A stretch of DNA of 64,000 bases from Candidatus Eiseniibacteriota bacterium (GTDB taxonomy: Bacteria; Orphanbacterota; Orphanbacteria; Orphanbacterales; Orphanbacteraceae). Each line of letters opens with the position of its first letter. Position 1 is the stretch's first letter. Below, one piece after another: positions 25,643-34,128 of the stretch. The notes below the pieces were generated by a model. The model saw only the letters and a list, made by a program, of their open reading frames with translations. It had not been told where the DNA came from and made no database searches. A program made the position numbers and the translations under genes. The stretch is from assembly GCA_016930695.1 (NCBI GenBank), contig JAFGGD010000059.1:14286-78285 (forward strand), read 5' to 3'.

Positions 25643-25926
25643 TAAAACAACCTCCTCGCCTGGTCCCTTCCGCCCGTCGGGCGGGGGTGTACTCGAGAGA
25701 ACGGTCCCCGCTGCACGAACGGGCGCGGCGGACCGCCGACCCACGCCCGACCCGCGCCGGACGGGGAGATTTCTTTCGGGACGGTCTTCTCCGCCCCGCA
25801 TTCCTTCCTAGATTGCCGACCGGCGGTTGTGGTTGTCCAGTAAAAAGTATACCCGGCAGGATGGCGCGGGGTCGTGCGTGGAACCGGCGGGGAGGGAAGG
25901 TCGAATCTGTGTGCGGCGGGATGGGG

Positions 25927-26346
25927 TCAGCGGGCGCCGACCGGTCCGGCGTTTTCGCGGCGGCCGTGGACACCCCGCAGAAACTCGGCCTGAATACGAT
26001 TCTCGAAGGCGCGCAGGATGTCCGTCGCGCCGAAGAAGAGGACCTTTCCCTGGCGGATGAGGTCGTAGCAGAAGTTGGGAGAGGCGTCGTTCAGGATCAC
26101 CACCCGCACGTGGGGCGTGGCGAGATCCACCGCCAACGCCTGGGCGATTTCGATCCGCTTGTCGTCGTAGCGGCTTTGCTCCACCAACGGATGCAGAAGC
26201 ACGCCCAGGTCGACGGATTCGTCCCGGTCCCGGCGGCGGCAGTGGGGCGCCGGAAATGTGTAGACGGCGGCCACATCTCCCCGCCCGGAGAAGAAACGGG
26301 CGACCCGCTCCCGTCCGGTCTCGTCGATTGCCTCTTTCCCGCTCAT
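25927..26346 (-). CDS. Minimal nucleotidyltransferase (MntA-like) fold protein with degenerate catalytic motif
   Basis: VAAVYTF...VDLGVLL...VVILNDASP...LIRQGKVLF resembles MNT/MntA, but GS and DxD are altered. Confidence 0.65.
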   Translation of the reverse strand: MSGKEAIDETGRERVARFFSGRGDVAAVYTFPAPHCRRRDRDESVDLGVLLHPLVEQSRYDDKRIEIAQALAVDLATPHVRVVILNDASPNFCYDLIRQGKVLFFGATDILRAFENRIQAEFLRGVHGRRENAGPVGAR

Positions 26347-26472
26347 GCTTTCATTATCGGCCGCGCGGGCCGGTCGGTCCAGCCTTTCCGCCCTACCTTC
26401 GATCAGTAGCGCCGTTTCCCACGATCCGCTACCATGTTCTTGTCGATTTTAATCTGTTCTTCGTAAAACGAG

Positions 26473-27567
26473 GTGTCGGCCATGAAAGACGGGATCACGA
26501 AAGAAGCGGTCTTGGATGCGCTCCGAGCCGTGAAGGACCCGGACCTGGAGAGGGACATTGTCTCCCTCGGGTTCGTTAAGAAGATCGAAACGGAGGGGGG
26601 CGCCGTGCGAGCGGCGATCGAGATCGCCACGCCCCTCTTCCCCTCCCGGGAAACATTCCGCGAAACGATCGCCGCGGCGATCGCGGCCCTCGGCGCCGAT
26701 CCGGTCGAAGTGAACCTGACCTGCTCCGTCCGCGGCCGGCGACCGGCGGAGAAGGGGGACGCCCTTCGGGAGACGCGGAACGTGGTGGCGGTGGCGAGCG
26801 GCAAGGGGGGAGTCGGCAAGTCGACGGTGGCGGTCAACCTCGCCATCGCCCTCTCCAGGGCGGGCGCGATGGTGGGGTTGATGGACGCGGACGTCTACGG
26901 CCCGAGCACCGGGATCATGCTCGGCGCCGAAGGACAGCCCGGAACCGCGGATGGGAAGAGGATGCTCCCGATCGTGGCGCAGGGGATCAAAATGATGTCG
27001 ATCCACTTCCTGGTCGACCGCGACCGCCCCCTCATCTGGCGCGGCCCGATGGTGCACAACCTCATCTCCCAGTTCCTCGACGGGGTCGACTGGGGTCCTC
27101 TCGACTACCTGGTGATCGATCTCCCTCCGGGGACGGGCGACGCCCAGCTCACGCTGAGCCAGAAGGCGCCCCTCTCCGGCGCGGTAATCGTGAGCACCCC
27201 CCAGGACGTGAGCCTCGTGGACGCGCGAAAGGGGCTGCGCATGTTCGAGCAGGTGGATGTGCCTGTCCTCGGCATCGTGGAGAACATGAGTTACTTCCTC
27301 TGCCCGCATTGCGGCGGTCGCACGGAGATTTTCGGGCACGGAGGCGCGCGGCGAACCGCCGAAGAGTTGGGGATGTCCTTTCTGGGCGAGATCCCCATCG
27401 ACCCGGAGGTGGTCGCCGGAGGCGACCGGGGGGAGCCGATCACGGCGGCGAGGCCGGAGTCGCCCGCGGCGGTCGCCTTCACGGAGACGGCGGAACGGAT
27501 CGCCGTGGAACTGGGCAGGCGCGCCATCGCCGGAGGCGGGGACGACACTTTCTTCGTGGAGTGGTAG
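26473..27567 (+). CDS. mrp: Mrp/ApbC/NBP35 iron-sulfur cluster carrier ATPase
   Basis: N-terminal DPDLERDIVSLGFV (FeS_assembly_P-like), VASGKGGVGKST, DADVYGPS, WRGPM, DLPPGTGD, CPHC. Confidence 0.95.
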   Translation: MSAMKDGITKEAVLDALRAVKDPDLERDIVSLGFVKKIETEGGAVRAAIEIATPLFPSRETFRETIAAAIAALGADPVEVNLTCSVRGRRPAEKGDALRETRNVVAVASGKGGVGKSTVAVNLAIALSRAGAMVGLMDADVYGPSTGIMLGAEGQPGTADGKRMLPIVAQGIKMMSIHFLVDRDRPLIWRGPMVHNLISQFLDGVDWGPLDYLVIDLPPGTGDAQLTLSQKAPLSGAVIVSTPQDVSLVDARKGLRMFEQVDVPVLGIVENMSYFLCPHCGGRTEIFGHGGARRTAEELGMSFLGEIPIDPEVVAGGDRGEPITAARPESPAAVAFTETAERIAVELGRRAIAGGGDDTFFVEW

Positions 27568-27570
27568 ACG

Positions 27571-27936
27571 ATGACGGAGGAAGCGGAAAGACATCCGCCG
27601 AGGCCGCGGTCGATCGAGAAGGCCGCCGAGGACCGCCTGCGGATCCTCTGGCGGGACGGGACGGTCGCGGAATACGACGTGGCGGATCTCAGGCGCGCCT
27701 GCCCCTGCGCGAGCTGCGTGGACGAGTGGACCGGCGAAAGGACCCTCGATCCCGCCGCGGTTCCGAATTCGGTCCGGCCCATTCGCGTCGAACCGGTGGG
27801 GCGTTACGCGATCCGGATCATTTGGGACGACGGTCACGACACGGGCATCTACTCCTTCGCCTACCTGCGAAGGCTCGCCGGATCGAACCCCGAACCGGAC
27901 GAGGAAAACCCCGGCTTGCACGGACGCGGAGTTTGA
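27571..27936 (+). CDS. DUF971 (gamma-butyrobetaine hydroxylase N-terminal-like) protein
   Basis: LRRACPCASC, VGRYAIRIIWDDGHDTGIYSFAYL. Confidence 0.9.
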   Translation: MTEEAERHPPRPRSIEKAAEDRLRILWRDGTVAEYDVADLRRACPCASCVDEWTGERTLDPAAVPNSVRPIRVEPVGRYAIRIIWDDGHDTGIYSFAYLRRLAGSNPEPDEENPGLHGRGV

Positions 27937-28112
27937 ATCTATACTGACCGGAGAAGGGGTTGATTCTCCTCACGGCGGCCGCCCCGCGCGTTCCTCCGGG
28001 CGGGCTCGGGACCGTTTTCCGATACAGCCGACGCGTTCCCTCGACGGGAACGGAATAAGGAAACGCATCCGATCTCCCGCCCTCGCGGGAAGGAAGAAGA
28101 GGGGACCGGCGT

Positions 28113-28457
28113 TTGAGCGCTAAAGAATTGCTTTCGGACGCGGAAATCAAGCGGATGATCGCCGAACTTCCCGCGTGGAAAAAGAACGGGAAGGAGCTGA
28201 CGAGGACCGTCGAGTTCCCGCAATACCTCGTGGCGATCGATTTCGTGCATCTCGTCGCCGAAATCGCCGAACAGATGAACCACCACCCGGACATCGAGAT
28301 CAGCCACTCCCGCGTCACGCTGCACTGCACGACTCACAGCGCGAAAGGGATCACCGCGCGGGACGTGGAGCTGGCCCAAAAGGTCGAGGAAATCTATCGC
28401 GAACAGCTGAACCTCGACGACGAGAATCTCCACGAGGAGATGGAAGAAAGGGAATAG
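28113..28457 (+). CDS. phhB: Pterin-4-alpha-carbinolamine dehydratase
   Basis: AEQMNHHPDI...THSAKGITARDVELA. Confidence 0.9.
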   Translation: MSAKELLSDAEIKRMIAELPAWKKNGKELTRTVEFPQYLVAIDFVHLVAEIAEQMNHHPDIEISHSRVTLHCTTHSAKGITARDVELAQKVEEIYREQLNLDDENLHEEMEERE

Positions 28458-28471
28458 ACCGAACCGCGGTA

Positions 28472-31400
28472 TCAGCCGCCGGCGGCGGGGGACGAAGGGT
28501 GTAGGGGGGCGCGCGCCCGCGGCGGCGGATCCTCGGCCGTGCTCTTTCGTTTGCCCGCGGCGGCGAGGATCTCCTCGTAGAACTCCACGCTCCGGCGCAC
28601 CATTCCCTCCGGATCGTACTCTTCCCGCGTCATCCTCCACGCCTCCACGCCCAGACGGAGCCGGAGCGACCGGTCCCCCGCGAGTCGCAGCATGGCGGCG
28701 GCGAGCGCTTCCGGATCGTCCGGCGGCACGAGCAGGCCGGTCTCCCCGTCCCGCACCAACCGGGCGGGCCCGCCGGCGCTGCAGGCAACCACCGGTTTCC
28801 CGTGGGCCATCGCCTCCAAATAAACGATCCCGAACGACTCGTAGCGGGAAGGAGCAACGAAGAAATCACATTCAGCATAAAGTTTTTGGAGGGCGGCGTC
28901 GCCGACCCGTCCCAGAAAACGAACCCGGTCCCTGGCGTCCGGAACGCCGCAGGATCGGAAGAAGCGCCACGCCATCGTGCGGTCCGGAATCGAGCCGGCC
29001 AAGACGAGGTGGAGGCGGGGATTCTCGGCGAGCGCCTTTCGCGCGGCGGCGAGCAGCGTGTCGATTCCCTTGCGCGGCTCGAGCCGGCCGACAAAGAGGG
29101 CGTGGATCGAACCGTCCCCCCCGGACGCCTCGTTCGCCTCCGGCCGCGCCTGCCGCGCCGTCACGCCGAAAGGAATCTCGCGGACCAAGACATCCGCGCC
29201 GCGAACACCGAAACGGTTTCGCAGCATGCCGGCTATGGTGCCGCTCGTGTCGACCCACCCGCGCGCCCGCTCCAGCATCGCCCACTCCATATCACAGGCG
29301 AGACGGACATCCTCCGTCGGCCGCCACCCCTGCGTCTCCAAAGCCACCGCCATCGGCGTGTTCAGCCGGATCACCAGCGGGAGAGATCCGTCCACGGCGG
29401 TGACGAACGCTTCGGCGTCCCAGACGGGCGCCTCGACCAAATCGATCCGCCGCTGCCGGTGCGCGCGCCGGAGGGCGCGCTGCACCGCGAAGGCGCGGGC
29501 GAGGTTCTTGCGCGACACCCGATGCGTGAGGGGGAGGCGACGCGCCTTCACCACCTCGTCGGGGACGCGGACCACCTTTACCCCATCCCTCCAAACCGTC
29601 GAGATCCGGTCCCCGCGGGCGACGACGGTGACGGCGTGCCCCGCGCCCACGAGACCGCGGGCGAGCTGCTCCGTGTAGACGCCGATCCCGCCGCAGGGGT
29701 CGGGCGGGTACTGCTGGCTGACGAGCGCCACGTGGAAACGACGCGCGCCGTATCGCGGCCGCGTGCGCCCCGCCGGCAGGAAGACGGCTCCTCCTCCGCC
29801 GGCGCGGCGCGCCAGGAAACGCCGGGGCCTCCGAAAGAACCCCTTGCCGTAGCCGAGAGCCACCCCGGCCATCCACCGGCCGAAGGAGCGAAGAAAGAGC
29901 CCGCCGCCGATCTCTCCCCTCAGGTACCAGCGCGTGAATGAGCCGAGAAGGACGAGCACGGCGCGCAGCGGTTGGAGACAATCGAAGGGGCGCGCGTACC
30001 AACGGTTGTTCTTGAAGAAAAAATAAATCGTGTTCTTGGCGACCACGCGCCAGTTCACGTCGTGCAGGGCCACCCGCACGTGGCTCTTCTCGAACTCGTG
30101 CCACACGCGCGCCTCCGGCGCGTGTACAACCCTGTGCCCGGCGCGAATCACCCGTACGCAGAGATCGCTCTCGTCGTGATAGTACTCGTAGTTTTCGTCG
30201 AAACCGCCCACATCGTCGAGCGCGCTGCGCCGGAAAGACGCGTTCGTTCCCATCATGATGTTGAAGCGGTCCCCGTCGGGCAGGTTGAAGTCGCCCGGTT
30301 CCTCGCGGATCGCCACGGGCATCCCGAAGCGGGTGATGATCCCGTTGTTGAACTGGAGGTGGTCCCCGCCGGGGCCGAACACCTTTCCCCCCACGGCGCC
30401 GACGGTGACATCCACGTAGGGTTCCGCGAGGCGATCGAGCCAGTCCGTGTCCGGCAGGGCGTCGTCGTCGAGTAAGGCGACGATTTCGCCGGCGGAAGCG
30501 GCGATCCCCAGGTTGCGCGAAACGGAGAGGTTTCTCTCCGGGTTGTCCACGCGTTTGACGCCGGGGAAGCGCGAGAGAACGGCGTCCGTCCCGTCGGTGG
30601 AGGGCCCGTTCACCACGACGATCTCGTACTCCGGGTAGTCGAGATGGCCGAGCGCCTCCAGGCACGCACCGAGTGTCCGCGCCCGGTTGTAGGTGCAGAC
30701 CACCACGGAGAAGCGGGGCGCCGGCGCCGGCTCGGCCGGAGCGGGAAGAATCCGGGTCTTTTCCAGAATATCCCGAAGCCGGGCGGTTATCGATTCTGAT
30801 GTGAACTTTTCGCTCCTGTCGAATCCCTTGCCGATGAGGTCGTCCCGGAAGGGGGGATCGAGAACGGCCCGGGCGAGCGCTTCCGCCACCGTCGCCTCCT
30901 CCCGATCGCTTAAAAGAAGAGCCGCCTCTCCCGCCGTTTCGGGGATCGCCGCCGCCCCGTAGGCGACCACCGGCACGCCGAGACGCATCGCCTCCAGGAT
31001 GGGAACGCAGAACCCTTCATGCTCGCTGAGCACCAGGAGCGCCGAGGCGACGGCGTAGTAACCGCGCACCTCGCCCGAGGAGACCTCGCCGGTCAGGACC
31101 ACGCGATTCTCGAGCCCGCGGGCGCGGATCTCTCGCCGCACCCGCCGGAGGTAGGGTTCATAGCCGCGGGTGCGGCCCACCAAGAAGAGCCGCCAATCGC
31201 CGGGGTGTTCCCTCGTCAGGTGGTCGAAGGCGCGCACCCCCTCCAGGATCCCCTTGTGCGGCGCGAGTCGGCCGATCATGAGGATGTTCCGCCCCCCCTC
31301 GTACCGCCCGACCACCGACGGCGCGGGCTCCCCCTCCATCATCGGCGACACCTGGTAAGAGACGGGAAGAACGAAGGCGTGTTCGAAACCCGCGTCTTCC

Positions 31401-31786
31401 AGCTCTCGTCGGTTGTATTCGGAAACGCCGATCCCGAAATGAAAGATCCGCGGGAGGGAGGGGAGCTGGAGCCGCCCCTTCTCGCAGAACACCCGCGTCT
31501 CCTCCATCCCGTCGAAGAAGCGGGGAGGGGTGACGTTGTGATAGACCACGCCCCGGCGGCCGGGGAATTGCGCGACCGCGCCGAGCAGCGTGGAATAACC
31601 GGCGTAATGGAAGAGGAGAAGGTCCCCCTCGGCGCCGCGGAGCTCCTCGATCGGGCGGGATATTCCCGCCAGGTCGTGATGGACATGGCGGGAGAAAATC
31701 GCCGTCTCGTGCCCCTCCCGCCGGAGCGTCTCGTCCAGCTCGAGTAGATGGCGGGTCACCGCGTCCGCCGGGTCGAGGGCGTTCAT
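28472..31786 (-). CDS. Trimodular glycosyltransferase (GT4-GT2-GT4)
   Basis: GT4 SEHEGFCVPILEAM; GT2 FSVVVCTYNR...LLDDD; second GT4 SRYESFGIVYLEAMAHG. Confidence 0.92.
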   Translation of the reverse strand: MNALDPADAVTRHLLELDETLRREGHETAIFSRHVHHDLAGISRPIEELRGAEGDLLLFHYAGYSTLLGAVAQFPGRRGVVYHNVTPPRFFDGMEETRVFCEKGRLQLPSLPRIFHFGIGVSEYNRRELEDAGFEHAFVLPVSYQVSPMMEGEPAPSVVGRYEGGRNILMIGRLAPHKGILEGVRAFDHLTREHPGDWRLFLVGRTRGYEPYLRRVRREIRARGLENRVVLTGEVSSGEVRGYYAVASALLVLSEHEGFCVPILEAMRLGVPVVAYGAAAIPETAGEAALLLSDREEATVAEALARAVLDPPFRDDLIGKGFDRSEKFTSESITARLRDILEKTRILPAPAEPAPAPRFSVVVCTYNRARTLGACLEALGHLDYPEYEIVVVNGPSTDGTDAVLSRFPGVKRVDNPERNLSVSRNLGIAASAGEIVALLDDDALPDTDWLDRLAEPYVDVTVGAVGGKVFGPGGDHLQFNNGIITRFGMPVAIREEPGDFNLPDGDRFNIMMGTNASFRRSALDDVGGFDENYEYYHDESDLCVRVIRAGHRVVHAPEARVWHEFEKSHVRVALHDVNWRVVAKNTIYFFFKNNRWYARPFDCLQPLRAVLVLLGSFTRWYLRGEIGGGLFLRSFGRWMAGVALGYGKGFFRRPRRFLARRAGGGGAVFLPAGRTRPRYGARRFHVALVSQQYPPDPCGGIGVYTEQLARGLVGAGHAVTVVARGDRISTVWRDGVKVVRVPDEVVKARRLPLTHRVSRKNLARAFAVQRALRRAHRQRRIDLVEAPVWDAEAFVTAVDGSLPLVIRLNTPMAVALETQGWRPTEDVRLACDMEWAMLERARGWVDTSGTIAGMLRNRFGVRGADVLVREIPFGVTARQARPEANEASGGDGSIHALFVGRLEPRKGIDTLLAAARKALAENPRLHLVLAGSIPDRTMAWRFFRSCGVPDARDRVRFLGRVGDAALQKLYAECDFFVAPSRYESFGIVYLEAMAHGKPVVACSAGGPARLVRDGETGLLVPPDDPEALAAAMLRLAGDRSLRLRLGVEAWRMTREEYDPEGMVRRSVEFYEEILAAAGKRKSTAEDPPPRARAPLHPSSPAAGG

Positions 31787-31800
31787 GACCTGGAAAATTC

Positions 31801-32280
31801 TCAGTTTCCCACCCCCCGTCGCGCGGAAGAGCCCGGGTCGCCCGTCGCCTCGGCCGGCGGCGGCGAGAGTTCCTTCTCCAACCGCTCCAGGCGCCCCTCC
31901 AATTCCTCCCGGTCCGTCTCCGTCCTCCGTCTCATCGACAGAAGGACGTCCCTCTGCAGATCGGCGAGGCGAACCATGTTCTGGTTGAACACGGTCTGCC
32001 GGTCGAGAATCTCGTTGATGAAGGGCTGAAAGAGAATACGGAAGGCGCGCTTCACGATTCGAACCGGCAGGCCGAGGAGGCGTCGGTGGCTGACGCCGTC
32101 ACCGCGGAGCTTGGGGTTGTGCACGCGCCAGAGTTCGGCGAGGCGGCAGAGCATCTCCCAGTCCGCCTCGTCCGCGACGCCCGCCAAGCCGTCGTCCACG
32201 TCGCCGAGCCTGGTGGAAGGTCCCAGTTCCTTCCTCACCATGCGTATCAGGTCTTCAACGGTGATTTTCGCCACGGACAC
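31801..32280 (-). CDS. Hypothetical protein with C-terminal coiled coil, in the glycan export operon
   Basis: ORF tightly packed between wzt and the GT; RQTVFNQNMVRL...ELEGRLERLEKEL heptads. Confidence 0.7.
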   Translation of the reverse strand: MSVAKITVEDLIRMVRKELGPSTRLGDVDDGLAGVADEADWEMLCRLAELWRVHNPKLRGDGVSHRRLLGLPVRIVKRAFRILFQPFINEILDRQTVFNQNMVRLADLQRDVLLSMRRRTETDREELEGRLERLEKELSPPPAEATGDPGSSARRGVGN

Positions 32281-32300
32281 TCCCGCCGGCGCCGGCCGGC

Positions 32301-33107
32301 CTATTTCTCCGCTCCCGTTTCACCCCGGCCCACCGCGACCCCTTCCCCGCCCTCGCCATTCACGTGGGAACGGTAGCGGCGGATCACCTCCGCCGGTTCG
32401 CCCCTCTCCACGATCCGCCCGTGCTCGAAGAGAAGCGCGTGATCGCAGACCCGCTCCACCGCGGCGAGATCGTGGCTGACGATCAGCATCGTTTTCCTCT
32501 TGTCTCGGAAGTCCTGGATTTTACGCCGGCACTTCCGGACGAAGGACTCGTCGCCGACGGAAAGGATCTCGTCCATCAGAAGCACGTCCGGGTCGACGTG
32601 GACGGCGATGGAGAACGCCAGTCGCATGTACATGCCCGTCGAGTAGGTGCGAACCGGCTCGTCGATGAAATCCTCCAGCTCCGAGAAGGCGACGATGTCG
32701 TCGAACCGGTTTTGAATCTCCCGTTTCGACATGCCGAGCACGATCCCGTTGAGGATCACGTTCTCCCGCCCCGAGAACTCGGGGTGGAAGCCGGCGCCCA
32801 ACTCGATCAGGCTCGCCAGTTTCCCGCGGACATGGACGTCGCCCCGGTCGGGCCGGTAGATGCCGGTGATCAGCTTGAGGAGGGTGCTCTTCCCCGACCC
32901 GTTCGGCCCGATGATGCCCCAGGCCGCGCCGCGAGGCACCTCGAAAGTAACGCCGCGGAGCGCCTCGGTATAAACCGGGGCGGGGCGGGGCGCCGAACGC
33001 CGGAGGAGGATGCTCTTCAGCGTCGTGTGTCCGCGCGCGGAACGGGTTTTACGGAACCGTTTCGACAAGTCGCGAACCGAGAGGGCGATTTCGTTGCCGT
33101 TCGTCAT
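32301..33107 (-). CDS. wzt: Wzt-type polysaccharide ABC transporter ATP-binding protein (no C-terminal CBM)
   Basis: GPNGSGKST, LIELGAGFHPEFSGREN, YSTGMYMRLAF, LLMDE. Confidence 0.93.
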   Translation of the reverse strand: MTNGNEIALSVRDLSKRFRKTRSARGHTTLKSILLRRSAPRPAPVYTEALRGVTFEVPRGAAWGIIGPNGSGKSTLLKLITGIYRPDRGDVHVRGKLASLIELGAGFHPEFSGRENVILNGIVLGMSKREIQNRFDDIVAFSELEDFIDEPVRTYSTGMYMRLAFSIAVHVDPDVLLMDEILSVGDESFVRKCRRKIQDFRDKRKTMLIVSHDLAAVERVCDHALLFEHGRIVERGEPAEVIRRYRSHVNGEGGEGVAVGRGETGAEK

Positions 33108-33109
33108 CG

Positions 33110-33892
33110 CTACAGGTACTCCGCGAAATTCTCACGGCGGGAACGGAACGCCCAGTCCCCGACCAGGAGGATCAGGACGCCGGCGGCGAGCACCAGGAGA
33201 AGAAGGCCCCAGTCGGGCGTGCGGCCGAAAAACAGAACGTCCTGATAGGCGGTGACCAGGCTTCCCATGCCGTTGACGAGAGCGACGAGCCGCAGTTTCC
33301 CCGGCACCTTCTCCAGAGGATAAAGGACGGGGCAGAGGAAGAACCAGAAGGTCAGGATGTTCCCGAGAAGGTGGTGCACATCCCGGTACTGCACGTTCAG
33401 GGAAGCGAGAAAGAGCGTGAATCCGAGGCTGAGAACGAACTGGACGAGCATGATCGCCGGGAGGAAAAGAATGGTCCAGCTCGGCGTGACCTTCATGATA
33501 AGGAAGACAAGGTAAAGCATGGGGAGGCTGAAGACGAAGTTCCAGAAGTTGACCAGCACCGCCGTCACCGGGAGGACGACCGGCGGGAACATCGCCCGGG
33601 TGATCAGGCTGCCGCTGTTCACGATCGAGGCGGTCCCGTCCGAGAGAGAGGAGGCGAACCAAAGCCAGGGGAGCAGGCCGGTAAACATGAAGGCGCCGTA
33701 GTCCTCCATCTCGAAACGCATATATATGGTGAACACCAAGCTGTAGACGGCCATCAGGAGAAGAGGGTTGAGGAAGGTCCAAAAGAAGCCGAGGACGGAC
33801 CCGCGATAGCGCGCCTGAAGCTGGCGGCTCACCAGGCTCTGGATGAGCACGCGATAACGGTAGCACTCGCGAATGCTCTGCACGATTCCCAT
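33110..33892 (-). CDS. wzm: Wzm-type polysaccharide ABC transporter permease
   Basis: ARYRGSVLGFFWTFLNPLLLM...YRDVHHL...FFLCPVLYP. Confidence 0.93.
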   Translation of the reverse strand: MGIVQSIRECYRYRVLIQSLVSRQLQARYRGSVLGFFWTFLNPLLLMAVYSLVFTIYMRFEMEDYGAFMFTGLLPWLWFASSLSDGTASIVNSGSLITRAMFPPVVLPVTAVLVNFWNFVFSLPMLYLVFLIMKVTPSWTILFLPAIMLVQFVLSLGFTLFLASLNVQYRDVHHLLGNILTFWFFLCPVLYPLEKVPGKLRLVALVNGMGSLVTAYQDVLFFGRTPDWGLLLLVLAAGVLILLVGDWAFRSRRENFAEYL

Positions 33893-34128
33893 GGGGTCCC
33901 CCGCTTGGCCGGGAAAGAAGTGCCCGAATAGTAGGGAATTGCCGGACCGGACGTCAAGGAGGGGTCCGGGGCATTGACGCCATACTCCGGGAGCGGTAGA
34001 AGGGATCTATGACGAAACACGCGCGCCGAGGGAGGGTTCCGTGTGCCGCCTGCCGGTGGGAACCCCCGGAGCGCCCCCCGCAACAGACCCGGCGGGCCGG
34101 GAATGCGTTTGGAGAGCGAGGAATGGGG

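Noticed and set aside
25643-25926. Possible riboswitch upstream of the CSCSCS peptide gene
   Set aside because: Some pairing is present, but I could not match the conserved cores of c-di-GMP, c-di-AMP, SAM, glycine, fluoride or ZTP aptamers by eye; an Infernal/Rfam scan would settle it.
22989-26346. Possible integrated mobile element (Xis-like gene and MntA-like gene, a few kb from tRNAs)
   Set aside because: No integrase, transposase, att duplication of a tRNA 3' end or compositional break was found.
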